DNA of 64,000 nucleotides from a virus, in the IMG/VR virus record IMGVR_UViG_3300045988_080781; one strand, given 5' to 3'. This document shows positions 55,301 to 63,795 of this stretch, piece after piece (within the stretch, counting starts at the first letter, position 1; each line of letters begins with the position of its first letter). The notes below the pieces were generated by a model that was not told the DNA's origin, ran no database searches, and was given only the letters and a program-made list of their open reading frames with translations. A program made the position numbers and the translations under genes.

Positions 55301-57126
55301 ATCCAATTAATATCACAATTATATTTAATAGGATCATTTTTATTATCAATAATTATAGTAGCTTGAGAACCAAAATCTTGAGCTATAGCTCCATTTTCAA
55401 CTAAACATATACGACATCTACTATCATCTCTATTCCACCAAGCAAATTGTTCACGACCGGCTTGTTGACAAAGTATAAATTTATATGCAGGTTTAGGATC
55501 ACAATTATTAACACTAATTTCTTTATTTCTATCAATACCAAATACTTCATTAAGAGGAACACCAAATAAAGAACCAGGAGTCCAATCTTTACCCATTATT
55601 CTATGCCATGCACCATAATCATAACCTCTAACTTTTTCCCATGATTTAACTTGATCAAGTTTATTTCTTCCTTTTGCTTTAGTAGTTGTATGAACAAGAT
55701 TTGTATCATAACAAAATTCATCCATACAATTATCAGTTCTGTCATATTGAGAAACTTTATCTTTAAACTTAACATTAGTTTTTACATATGGAGCATAAGC
55801 AAAACAATTAAGTTTAACAAGTTCTTCAATATTAAAACCTTTACCAAATAAACCTATTTCTTTTTCACTAATATTATAATTTGTTTCAGTATAATTACTT
55901 ATATAATTTCTATTTTGATAATTAATAGTATTACGAACATTATAATAATTATATTTAGTTAAAGTTAATTCGTCAAGACTAATATCATAAAGTTTTTCTT
56001 TATTAAAAATATATTCATATTCAGTAAGAACATGTCTATCTTCAGTTCTACCAGAACCAGAAATATATCTATCAAAATCAGCAGTTCTATAACATTTAGT
56101 AGTATCAAGTCTTTTAATTATAATACCAATTTGATATTTTTGAAAATTAAGATAATCATGAGTACCTTCAAATCTAAATCTAATTTTAGGAAGAACTTTA
56201 ACAAATTCTCTATCAGCAGAATAAAAATCAACACAACCATATCCATGACCAGATTCATCATCTTGATCTTTATAATCATAATACCAATTATATCTACTTA
56301 CTTCATTACTTTCAACACTATCAACTGTAATAGGAAAACCAATAGGATACCATTGAGTATAATTACCCCAACAATCAATTTTATAACGAATAAAAAATGT
56401 ATAAATACCTTTAGTAGCATTACCTTTAATAAGTCCTCCCCATGTAACATTACATATAGGAACTTGTGGTACAATAGCATTTACATAATCAGCTCTATTA
56501 CCAAATCTTTCACTAATACTAATAGTATCATTTTCAAATTTTCTATTATTAACTTCACGTTCTTCTACATATAAAATTCTACCATCAATACATTCTCCTA
56601 AATCAAGATCTTTTATAATATTCCAATCATCAAGATCAAAAGTTTTAAGTGGAACTTTAAGATCAAGTTCATCTGGTTTATAATTAGGATTAACAAATTC
56701 TTCTAAATCATAAGGATCTTCTGCAACTTGTATAATAAGATGATTATTAATATTATATGTATATGTTCCTCTAAGTTTACCACCATGATATTTCCATTGA
56801 TCATTAACAATAATACATTTATTATCAGTTTCGTTATATCTATAAATAGCAGAATCTTTAAATTCTCCATTTACTTGAGGAGTAGCACCTTCACAAACAA
56901 ATAAAATTAATTCATTAGAAGTAGGAACACATCCAACAATATAATATCCATTACCAAATCTTTCGGATATACATTGATGAATAACAGTATTAGCGCTTAT
57001 ACCTTCTTCATTAACTATACGTTTAAAATCATTACTAATCTTAATATTTTTAGCCTGAATTAAACCATAGTTAGGAACATCGCTAGGATGTTTATTAAGA
57101 CTAAGTTTTTTAACAATATCAGACAT
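52396..57126 (-). CDS. very large virion-module protein (1576 aa), function unknown
   Basis: Clean ORF; its stop overlaps the start of the downstream gene (ATGA). Confidence 0.55.
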   Translation of the reverse strand: MSDIVKKLSLNKHPSDVPNYGLIQAKNIKISNDFKRIVNEEGISANTVIHQCISERFGNGYYIVGCVPTSNELILFVCEGATPQVNGEFKDSAIYRYNETDNKCIIVNDQWKYHGGKLRGTYTYNINNHLIIQVAEDPYDLEEFVNPNYKPDELDLKVPLKTFDLDDWNIIKDLDLGECIDGRILYVEEREVNNRKFENDTISISERFGNRADYVNAIVPQVPICNVTWGGLIKGNATKGIYTFFIRYKIDCWGNYTQWYPIGFPITVDSVESNEVSRYNWYYDYKDQDDESGHGYGCVDFYSADREFVKVLPKIRFRFEGTHDYLNFQKYQIGIIIKRLDTTKCYRTADFDRYISGSGRTEDRHVLTEYEYIFNKEKLYDISLDELTLTKYNYYNVRNTINYQNRNYISNYTETNYNISEKEIGLFGKGFNIEELVKLNCFAYAPYVKTNVKFKDKVSQYDRTDNCMDEFCYDTNLVHTTTKAKGRNKLDQVKSWEKVRGYDYGAWHRIMGKDWTPGSLFGVPLNEVFGIDRNKEISVNNCDPKPAYKFILCQQAGREQFAWWNRDDSRCRICLVENGAIAQDFGSQATIIIDNKNDPIKYNCDINWMTAYSPMLDYGLSYESRLAHNTLIPGEVYSFYIHFVDKFGHSTNGFHIPNSNSKWKYDIDLNTTLGSYFNGNNGTPTNPIPTDLQLSVIFDMYNNNPSKWRDYKLYQFINNGGNNGLQLDIKDDGQYVENIILGYYANNSGQTFHRIPMYSFTAQGNERPIPLVFGIDCVIDDELFINELRNRGYIGYYLSYEKAEPMSRVVGFASETDASEDIDDHPTNHDLDNLDDKFLGDYNGRANYYNGNNNISTGGPKATENANKTLYVYSDDLNTSDKIKVDFNAISFRWALFDYRGFWQDQGTNKVAEYRASLNLPEVMAVTPIGNYDEIIYPVDEYEILIGDAPNNAGKGTRVKMKNPNVFNAQTYQRNAIATIWSLNNNIYTNPNKELIRINNIKLFNYEEEDQKLNTYGSYPGHITYNSTLVFRRTGARWDPQWTTVKGTDGCRYYALNQGSYNVVSPQRLVQHICYWHRFMEGKVANNRPKQELFILNINNQERFDDEKDTKRIAKLPNDSLYFHGGPNVLFPGRPVMPIQTLDMYKYVFPDETVSDKLLMAYDDNLRNITQFDKTIRRSDVIQDESYVNAWRTFQPNGYKIITENKGKIVNLIGIGLYLLAHTEHSMFMFDRTAALQTQDRDVRLSMPDAFDTKYVEVYTSDKGFAGIQDRFASIIGEFGYVFYNNDFHRFFKFDEKQLKYIDEDVRLWFEKILPNKVRFANDKYNNRLIVCAEYGNKVDTLSFHNDTQTFISLHDYNYKYAYNTKVRTYMNRLIQGESLYEYNHESNYGRFNNMLTKAKSNGTFYTVANGNSHYDSYIDVIFNDQYEAIKFLEYIRYKVKKLDKYLVPDSPDNEITPVEEEVWTDIGYANKLLPKYSGDILRIFNEYCDSFDMSLDTTGDVNRYNRYKLPYFELGNWNFNYFRNNIPAHSGEPSDRLRRIYGNQIVVRFIFKNADNKRIEFETLDCIVTKQRNVR
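52746..52757 (+). repeat. dispersed GC-rich motif, exact copy
   Basis: cctctacggggg; translated TPVEEE. Confidence 0.8.
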
Positions 57127-57132
57127 ATTATA

Positions 57133-58080
57133 TTATTTATTACGACGACCAAAAGTAAATATCATAAAAGCAGACTTAAATAAATCATCATTAATAGGTT
57201 GTTGAGCATCAAGTAAAACACTACGTTTAACTTTTTCAATATTTACTTTCCATGCAACAAAAGGATTAAGAGCTTCACTAGCAGCAGTTAAAGTCATAAC
57301 AGGATGTTTATATCCACGTGTAAGCATTCGATACATACACCAATTAGTAATAGCTTCAATAAGTAAACCATTATCAGGAATCTTTGGAACTTCACAATGA
57401 TAATAATTACTATATTCAGTATCAACATCTAATCTAGCAATAACAATATATGGAATATCAAAATTAAGTTCTATATAATTTCCAGAAATAACATAATTTC
57501 GATTAGGAAGTTGATCACTAGGAATATGAGTATGATGAATACGATGCATACATCTATAGTCATAACTTCCTGTATGTTCAGTCCAAGTAAGAGTTTTATC
57601 TGGAAATAAATGAGTATTAACTACTTCACGAGTATGAGATTCAGAAACATGACAACAATCATGATGATGATGTTTAGTTTCAAATCCACAATCATCAACA
57701 TGAACATGAGGATGAGGTTCGCAAGTATGACAATGATGTCCATGATGATGTCCGTGATGATGTATATCCTCTACAGGGGAACAACCACCATTTCCACATT
57801 TATTAAGACCACATCGAGGATCTCCAGCTCTTGGAATTAAACATCCATTAGGATCATAAACTCTCATTTCATCATAATTAAGACAACAAGGACTTAATGC
57901 AAGTCTATGATTAACTTCAAGTCTATGACATTTAGGAATTTTTCTAAGACATTTAAGTTGATTCATAGCATCAATAGCCCATGCAGCAACTCTAGGAATC
58001 CAATCACTATTATCAGGATTGAAATCATTATCTATCTTAGCTATAATTCGTTCAATAGAAACAACTTTTTCGTTAGCCAT
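57133..58080 (-). CDS. His/Cys-rich putative metal-binding protein (315 aa)
   Basis: HHHGHHHGHHCHTCEPHPHVHVDDCGFETKHHHHDCCHV tract; carries a motif copy translated SPVED. Confidence 0.55.
   Translation of the reverse strand: MANEKVVSIERIIAKIDNDFNPDNSDWIPRVAAWAIDAMNQLKCLRKIPKCHRLEVNHRLALSPCCLNYDEMRVYDPNGCLIPRAGDPRCGLNKCGNGGCSPVEDIHHHGHHHGHHCHTCEPHPHVHVDDCGFETKHHHHDCCHVSESHTREVVNTHLFPDKTLTWTEHTGSYDYRCMHRIHHTHIPSDQLPNRNYVISGNYIELNFDIPYIVIARLDVDTEYSNYYHCEVPKIPDNGLLIEAITNWCMYRMLTRGYKHPVMTLTAASEALNPFVAWKVNIEKVKRSVLLDAQQPINDDLFKSAFMIFTFGRRNK
57768..57779 (+). repeat. dispersed GC-rich motif, exact copy
   Basis: cctctacagggg. Confidence 0.8.
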
Positions 58081-58083
58081 AAT

Positions 58084-59043
58084 TTAATATATTGATCTTC
58101 TAACTTTAAGTTTTACACCTTTAGCATAATTACTTGATTGATTAGCATCAGGATTTCTAATATATTTTATATATTGTGTTTTATCAAATTCAAGAAGTAC
58201 ATTAAGCTTAAATCTAATATCACATTCTAAAGCAAATATTTCATTTCTATTAGTAATACTTTCTGCAACTTTTTTATAACCTAAACCTCGAAGACTTTTC
58301 TTAACATATTCAGTATGTTCAAATTTATATTTATATTTTCTTGTAATATTTCCTCCAGTAAAATCTATTTTATAAATAACATTATCAGTTTTATAAACTA
58401 TATAAGGAACTCCTTCATATTTTATTCCTCGAGTAGCATATATTTCAGCTTTCTTTTTATCATAAGGTTCTAAACCTTTAGCAATAAGTTCTTTTTTCTT
58501 TTGATTAGTAGCATTAAAATCAACTATAGGTTTTGCATTTTCTTTACGTTTAAAACGTACAATACTAACATCACCAATACCATATGCAAAACTATATGCA
58601 AAACCTTCAAGTACAGCTTCTTGAACTTTATAATAATAAGCTTTAATTATTTCTTTATATTGAACAAAAGTTATATCTTTACGAATCTTAATTTGTTCAA
58701 TTATATTATTATAATTATATATTTTCTTAATCGAGGCACAATATTTAATTAATTGTATAATATCAGTTTTAGCATCATCTTCAGATAATGAATTATAAAT
58801 AGACATAACCTTATTATAAAGTTCTTCTTTTTCACTATAACGACCAATAATCCATTCGATTTTATAATCAGTCAATACAATACCTTTATCTTTATAATAT
58901 TCAATTTTAGATTTAACATAATCTCGAAATACATTGTATTTAATTTTTTCAAGATGTAATAGATTTGTATAATAAGATAAATCTTTATTACTTGCTTCAA
59001 TAAAAGATTTATAATAATCTTTAAGAACTTTTTCAGGCTTCAT
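58084..59043 (-). CDS. hypothetical protein (319 aa)
   Basis: Clean ORF. Confidence 0.5.
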   Translation of the reverse strand: MKPEKVLKDYYKSFIEASNKDLSYYTNLLHLEKIKYNVFRDYVKSKIEYYKDKGIVLTDYKIEWIIGRYSEKEELYNKVMSIYNSLSEDDAKTDIIQLIKYCASIKKIYNYNNIIEQIKIRKDITFVQYKEIIKAYYYKVQEAVLEGFAYSFAYGIGDVSIVRFKRKENAKPIVDFNATNQKKKELIAKGLEPYDKKKAEIYATRGIKYEGVPYIVYKTDNVIYKIDFTGGNITRKYKYKFEHTEYVKKSLRGLGYKKVAESITNRNEIFALECDIRFKLNVLLEFDKTQYIKYIRNPDANQSSNYAKGVKLKVRRSIY

Positions 59044-59046
59044 ATA

Positions 59047-59724
59047 TTATCCATTTACAACATTATCTTTAGGACTTTCATTTGTTTCATGAGGAATATT
59101 AATAATTCCACGTTTAAGTATTAATTCTTTAAGTTGTGGAATCATATCTTCAGGAAGAAGAAATTCATCATCATCACTTACAGGAGTTTCAATCTTACCT
59201 TCAAAAGTTTCTTCTGGTACTAGATGAGGATATTCAAAAGGAGCTTCAATTATAACAGCATTAATTTGTGCCAAATCAATAGAGGAATTAGTATAATTAA
59301 TATAAAGATAATAATTGATAAGATCATAGACAGGCATAGCACACATGCCAGGTAGAGCCTTATAAAATTGTCCACCAGCTTGTTTAACGTGAGCAATTTC
59401 AATCGGACTAGCTCCAATAGTACGCACGGACTTAAGAGGAAGATTATCAGTAAACCGAACAGGTTTAAGTATTCTATTTGCACTTCGTTTAACATATTGA
59501 CCTAATTCAACACCATTAATATCACCTTCAGGAACGTCAATCAAACTAACTTTATACCTCTGCCAAATTTGTTTGTCAATGTATTTATAATTATTAAAAC
59601 TTTGTCTAATAAGTTCATTACGATGATGTATAATACTTTGACGAATATGACGACGAAGAGGAATATTATTAGGTTGTCCAACAATATGTGCAATTTCACT
59701 TATAAGTTGATTTAAACTACTCAT
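59047..59724 (-). CDS. hypothetical protein (225 aa)
   Basis: Clean ORF. Confidence 0.5.
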   Translation of the reverse strand: MSSLNQLISEIAHIVGQPNNIPLRRHIRQSIIHHRNELIRQSFNNYKYIDKQIWQRYKVSLIDVPEGDINGVELGQYVKRSANRILKPVRFTDNLPLKSVRTIGASPIEIAHVKQAGGQFYKALPGMCAMPVYDLINYYLYINYTNSSIDLAQINAVIIEAPFEYPHLVPEETFEGKIETPVSDDDEFLLPEDMIPQLKELILKRGIINIPHETNESPKDNVVNG

Positions 59725-59727
59725 AAT

Positions 59728-61170
59728 TTAATTCCTTTCTAATGCACTAATTCTTGATTCATGATTGCTAATTGTAGATTCAAGAGTACTAATTTTATTA
59801 GTAATATTTTTAATATCAAATAATTCAGTAACTTTAAGACTTGTAAAAGTTAATTCAAATCTAGCAATAATTCCATTATCAATAGCCCAATAAGTATCAA
59901 TATAAATAGACTCTCCAACTTTATTAATAGCTAATGCTTTAGGTTTTCCATAACCAATACTAATTATAACAGCATGGGCTTGCATATTATTATATAATTC
60001 ATCAATACTTTCAACATACATTATTTCAGAGAAATAACGAGTCATAATATCACCATTTGCAGATATAGCTAAAAGTTGTTCTTTAGTAGTAATTTCTTTT
60101 GCGGCTACAAGACCATATTGTTCAAAATATTGATTATTATTATTAGCATCAGGATAAGTTTCAGAATCATATTCAAGTTCAATATCATTATGCCATCCAA
60201 CTAAATGTATATTATAAACTGTAGCTCCTCCAAAACTTGAAAAAATACTTGAAAGCTCATTAGATAATTCAGTTTTAGTTACATAATCACTTAAATCAAC
60301 ATCACCTCCAGTAACAATAGAATCAATTCTTTTATTAATAGATGTAATATCATTTTTAATAGAATTAATAGAAATATTTATAGTACTAATATCAGAAGTA
60401 TTTTTACTTACATTATAATTAAGTCCGTTAGCAATATTCTCTGCATTTTGAGCTTTAAGATTAGCTTGTTCTATATTATAATTTAATTGTTCAATAGTAG
60501 CATCATATTGAATAAGTTTTTCATTAAGTATTTGAACATCTTGTTCAAGTTTATCAACTCTATCGGTAAGTCCCCCCGTAGAGGATCCACCACCAGAACC
60601 TTGTTCGAGTTTCTGTACTCTTTTATCAATAGCATCAAGACTACTTGTTAATGTAGTAATATTCTTAGTATTAGCATCTACTTTCTTAGTAAGACTTTCT
60701 ATATCAATACTATCAACAATAGTTTCAATTTCATTTACAGTTTCAGATAAATCATTAACAGTAGTATTAAGAGTATTATATAACGAACGAAGCTCAACAA
60801 GTTGGTTATTAAGATTACTAATTTGAGAAATAGCATCATCAACACCATCAAGTTGAGCTTCAATTGCAGTAATGTTATCTTGAACAGATTTAATTTGATT
60901 TTCTAATGACTTTATGCTTTGATATAAATCATCATATCCACCAGCAGAACTAGTATTATATATAGCTAATAATCTAAGTCTATTAATAGGACTAATACCG
61001 GGAATAGTAAATAAAGCAGCCGCCAATGTAAGAGAATAGTTCGGAGAACCATCATCATTATATACAATATAAGAGAGTTTCTCCGAACTACCAGTAGCAG
61101 CTGCTTTAACTTTAGCTTGTTGAATTTCAGCAGCTAAACGCTTAATATCAGCAACAGTTAAAGCAGCCAT
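59728..61170 (-). CDS. coiled-coil protein (480 aa), fibre-like or scaffold-like
   Basis: Long heptad-like N/Q/L/I-rich middle region; carries a motif copy translated GSSTGG. Confidence 0.5.
   Translation of the reverse strand: MAALTVADIKRLAAEIQQAKVKAAATGSSEKLSYIVYNDDGSPNYSLTLAAALFTIPGISPINRLRLLAIYNTSSAGGYDDLYQSIKSLENQIKSVQDNITAIEAQLDGVDDAISQISNLNNQLVELRSLYNTLNTTVNDLSETVNEIETIVDSIDIESLTKKVDANTKNITTLTSSLDAIDKRVQKLEQGSGGGSSTGGLTDRVDKLEQDVQILNEKLIQYDATIEQLNYNIEQANLKAQNAENIANGLNYNVSKNTSDISTINISINSIKNDITSINKRIDSIVTGGDVDLSDYVTKTELSNELSSIFSSFGGATVYNIHLVGWHNDIELEYDSETYPDANNNNQYFEQYGLVAAKEITTKEQLLAISANGDIMTRYFSEIMYVESIDELYNNMQAHAVIISIGYGKPKALAINKVGESIYIDTYWAIDNGIIARFELTFTSLKVTELFDIKNITNKISTLESTISNHESRISALERN
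60574..60585 (-). repeat. dispersed GC-rich motif, exact copy
   Basis: plus strand reads ccccgtagagga. Confidence 0.8.
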
Positions 61171-61176
61171 AATAAA

Positions 61177-62982
61177 TTACTCTTTAGGAGTATAACTAAT
61201 GTTATTAGTATCGTTGTAAGTTAATTCAGTACCATTAGTATTGAATGGAAGTGTAGCAAAACCTACATCAACTTTATCCCATTTAGATACCATAGCTATG
61301 TTTACTGTACTACCATCAGTCTTAGTACCAACTATACTATCATGATTTGCTAATATAATAGCTTTTCTATTAGGATTCTGTTCATCAGAAATATCAGTCC
61401 ACTGAACAGTATTTGCTAAAGTAGCATCCTGTGCAGCATCCTTTTCTTCACGAGCAGTCTTTTCAGCTTCAAGATTAGTATTTGTTTCATTCAATGAAGT
61501 CTGCAAATCACCAATCTGTTTAGCCTGATTAGCAATAGCTTCTGCATTAGCGGCAATAGCAGGACGAATTTCATTGTTAATTCCACCGTTAATAGTATTG
61601 AAACCATTAGCTACGTTAGTATTAATGTTTTCAAATCCATCAGCCATATTCTGATTAACAGTAGCAACAGTTTCGTTCAATGCTCTAATATCAGTAACGT
61701 TCTTTTCAACTTTACCTTCAAGTTCAGTAACTTTAGCAGCTACATTTTCACCGGCAGTTTGAGTTTCTTCAAGACGAGCTTCCATTCCATTTACTTTTTC
61801 TTCAAGAGCATCCAAATTAGAATGATCTTCTTCAAACATAGGAATGTACTTCTTATCATTCTCTTCAAGAACTACAAGACGATTGTTAATGCTAGTATTA
61901 GTAGCAATAGCTCCTGTCTTCATATCTTCAATAGTCTGATCAATACCATCGCAACGAACTTTTAATTTAGCAATATCAGTACCATGAACATCATCAGTTG
62001 CCTGTAATGTTTCAACAGCAGCTTTCAATGCTACAATATCCTTACGATTAGTATCTACACCGGCAGTATTAGAAGCAATTTCAGCAGCAAATTGTTTATG
62101 ATCTTCAACAACTTTTGCCAAAACAATACCATGGTGATCAACCTCAGCAGCTATTTTACCGATAAATTCACGATTGTTAGTGCAAGCCTGTTTAACTAAT
62201 TCAATACCTTTAGCATTTTCAGCAATAGCTTGATCCATTGCAGCAATCTTAGCAGGAGTAACAACAGCTTTCAGTTCATTCAAGCTATTTGCAGTTTCGT
62301 CACATTTAGTTTCGATAGTTGCAACTTTCTTATTAACTTCAGCAACAGCAGCATCAGTAGCAGTCTTGTTGTTAGTAACCTGACCCTGTAAATTAGCAAT
62401 AGCTTTGTAGTTTTCACAAACAGTAGCAGCAACTTTATCAAATTCGCAACGACCAATCTTATGGGCTTTAAGTTCATTAATAGCAGCAGCATTATCATTA
62501 ATCTGAGTTTGCTGATTGTTATGTTTACTTTCAAGAGTAGCAATATTAGTATTGATTGTACTAATGCTACCTTTAATGTTGGCAATTTCAGTTTCATTTG
62601 TAGCCAACCGACCGCTAGCGTTATCCATGCGTTCATTAAGAACAGCAATATCTGCGGCATTTTTCTGAATAAGTTTAAGCAGATTCATACAACAACGAAT
62701 GTTACAAGTTGCTAAATGGATAATTGTAAATTTAGTTTGTTCAGGAAGATCAAGAGGTCTAATGATACGTTCCAGCTCATTAATTGCATACTGCATTTGC
62801 TGATATAAAGTATCACTATCTATGTCTTCCTCAGTAGGACAAAATGGGTGATGATGGTGATGATGATGTCCACAACCATAATCATGATTACAATCACAAT
62901 CATGAGCTGGATGACAAGGATTACATCCATTATACTTATCCATCCAATCTGTTCTAGGTGATTTACCTTCAATAGGATCCAT
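61177..62982 (-). CDS. coiled-coil protein with an N-terminal His/Cys-rich tract (601 aa)
   Basis: N-terminal CNPCHPAHDCDCNHDYGCGHHHHHHHPFCP, followed by a long alpha-helical coiled-coil-like sequence. Confidence 0.5.
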   Translation of the reverse strand: MDPIEGKSPRTDWMDKYNGCNPCHPAHDCDCNHDYGCGHHHHHHHPFCPTEEDIDSDTLYQQMQYAINELERIIRPLDLPEQTKFTIIHLATCNIRCCMNLLKLIQKNAADIAVLNERMDNASGRLATNETEIANIKGSISTINTNIATLESKHNNQQTQINDNAAAINELKAHKIGRCEFDKVAATVCENYKAIANLQGQVTNNKTATDAAVAEVNKKVATIETKCDETANSLNELKAVVTPAKIAAMDQAIAENAKGIELVKQACTNNREFIGKIAAEVDHHGIVLAKVVEDHKQFAAEIASNTAGVDTNRKDIVALKAAVETLQATDDVHGTDIAKLKVRCDGIDQTIEDMKTGAIATNTSINNRLVVLEENDKKYIPMFEEDHSNLDALEEKVNGMEARLEETQTAGENVAAKVTELEGKVEKNVTDIRALNETVATVNQNMADGFENINTNVANGFNTINGGINNEIRPAIAANAEAIANQAKQIGDLQTSLNETNTNLEAEKTAREEKDAAQDATLANTVQWTDISDEQNPNRKAIILANHDSIVGTKTDGSTVNIAMVSKWDKVDVGFATLPFNTNGTELTYNDTNNISYTPKE

Positions 62983-63009
62983 AAGATAAAACTTTTTTAG
63001 ATTAATACT

Positions 63010-63351
63010 TTACTTACTAAAATTAACGCCTTCTAAAACTTTAGATTCAGCAGCGTCTAATGCCTCAACAGGATCAACTCCTTCAGCATTTGGATCAGCT
63101 CCACTATCGTCATTATTTTCATTATCAGGTTGAGTAGGTTCAGATGGTTGTTCCTCTACAGGGGAACTTCCACGAAGAATCATAGTCAAAGCTTCAAGTT
63201 CCTCAATACGTTGTTCAAGAGCAGGAACTTTAGAAGCATTAGCTAAAGCGCTTGTATATTCTTTATCAAACTCAACGAGCAATGCGTTAAGTTGAGCATC
63301 AAGAACTCCTTTAGCTAAAAGATTATTACGAATAAGATTTAATTTGTTCAT
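63010..63351 (-). CDS. small acidic protein (113 aa)
   Basis: ORF; carries a motif copy translated SSPVEE. Confidence 0.45.
   Translation of the reverse strand: MNKLNLIRNNLLAKGVLDAQLNALLVEFDKEYTSALANASKVPALEQRIEELEALTMILRGSSPVEEQPSEPTQPDNENNDDSGADPNAEGVDPVEALDAAESKVLEGVNFSK
63163..63174 (+). repeat. dispersed GC-rich motif, exact copy
   Basis: cctctacagggg. Confidence 0.8.
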
Positions 63352-63428
63352 ATAAATATAACTTTAATTTTTACTTGTCGGCAATGATAATAAAAATATC
63401 ATTACTGACAAAGAGTTTGACAAATATT

Positions 63429-63785
63429 TTATTCGCTTTCTCCAGTATCACAGTCTTTCATTAATAAATAGTCATCAAGTTGTTTATAACCAATACCAAG
63501 TTTCATAAGTATAGGTCTAAAAATCCAACTATAAGCAACAGGTGCAAGTACAGCACTATTGATTAATTGATTATTAAATTCACCTGCAATACCATAACAA
63601 ATAGTAATTGTAACAGCAACAATAATAAGAGATAATCTCTTAACAAGAATAGAAACAGGTTTATCACCGTTCATAGCGTCAATAACTTTGATAACAAAAT
63701 ACGTTACTATATTTACTATTAACATGAAACATAAATCAAAGTTTTCAAACAATAAGTCTATAAATTTAGTTATTGCTAATTCCAT
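63429..63785 (-). CDS. small membrane protein (3 predicted TM segments), holin-like candidate
   Basis: ORF 63429-63893; the internal ATG (minus strand 63785-63783, MELAITKF...) avoids overlap with the upstream partial CDS; hydrophobic segments. Confidence 0.4.
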   Translation of the reverse strand: MELAITKFIDLLFENFDLCFMLIVNIVTYFVIKVIDAMNGDKPVSILVKRLSLIIVAVTITICYGIAGEFNNQLINSAVLAPVAYSWIFRPILMKLGIGYKQLDDYLLMKDCDTGESE

Positions 63786-63795
63786 AATTATAAAT

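Noticed and set aside
26441-57126. Stop-codon reassignment (TAG or TGA recoding) in the late genes, as reported for some crAss-like phages
   Set aside because: ORFs of 4537, 2139 and 1576 aa are uninterrupted in the standard code on this strand. There is no sign of recoding in this window, and I saw no suppressor tRNA.
1151-63174. CRISPR array or protospacer cluster as an explanation for the repeated GC-rich motif
   Set aside because: The copies are dispersed over the whole window with irregular spacing and in both orientations. Nowhere do they form a repeat-spacer array.
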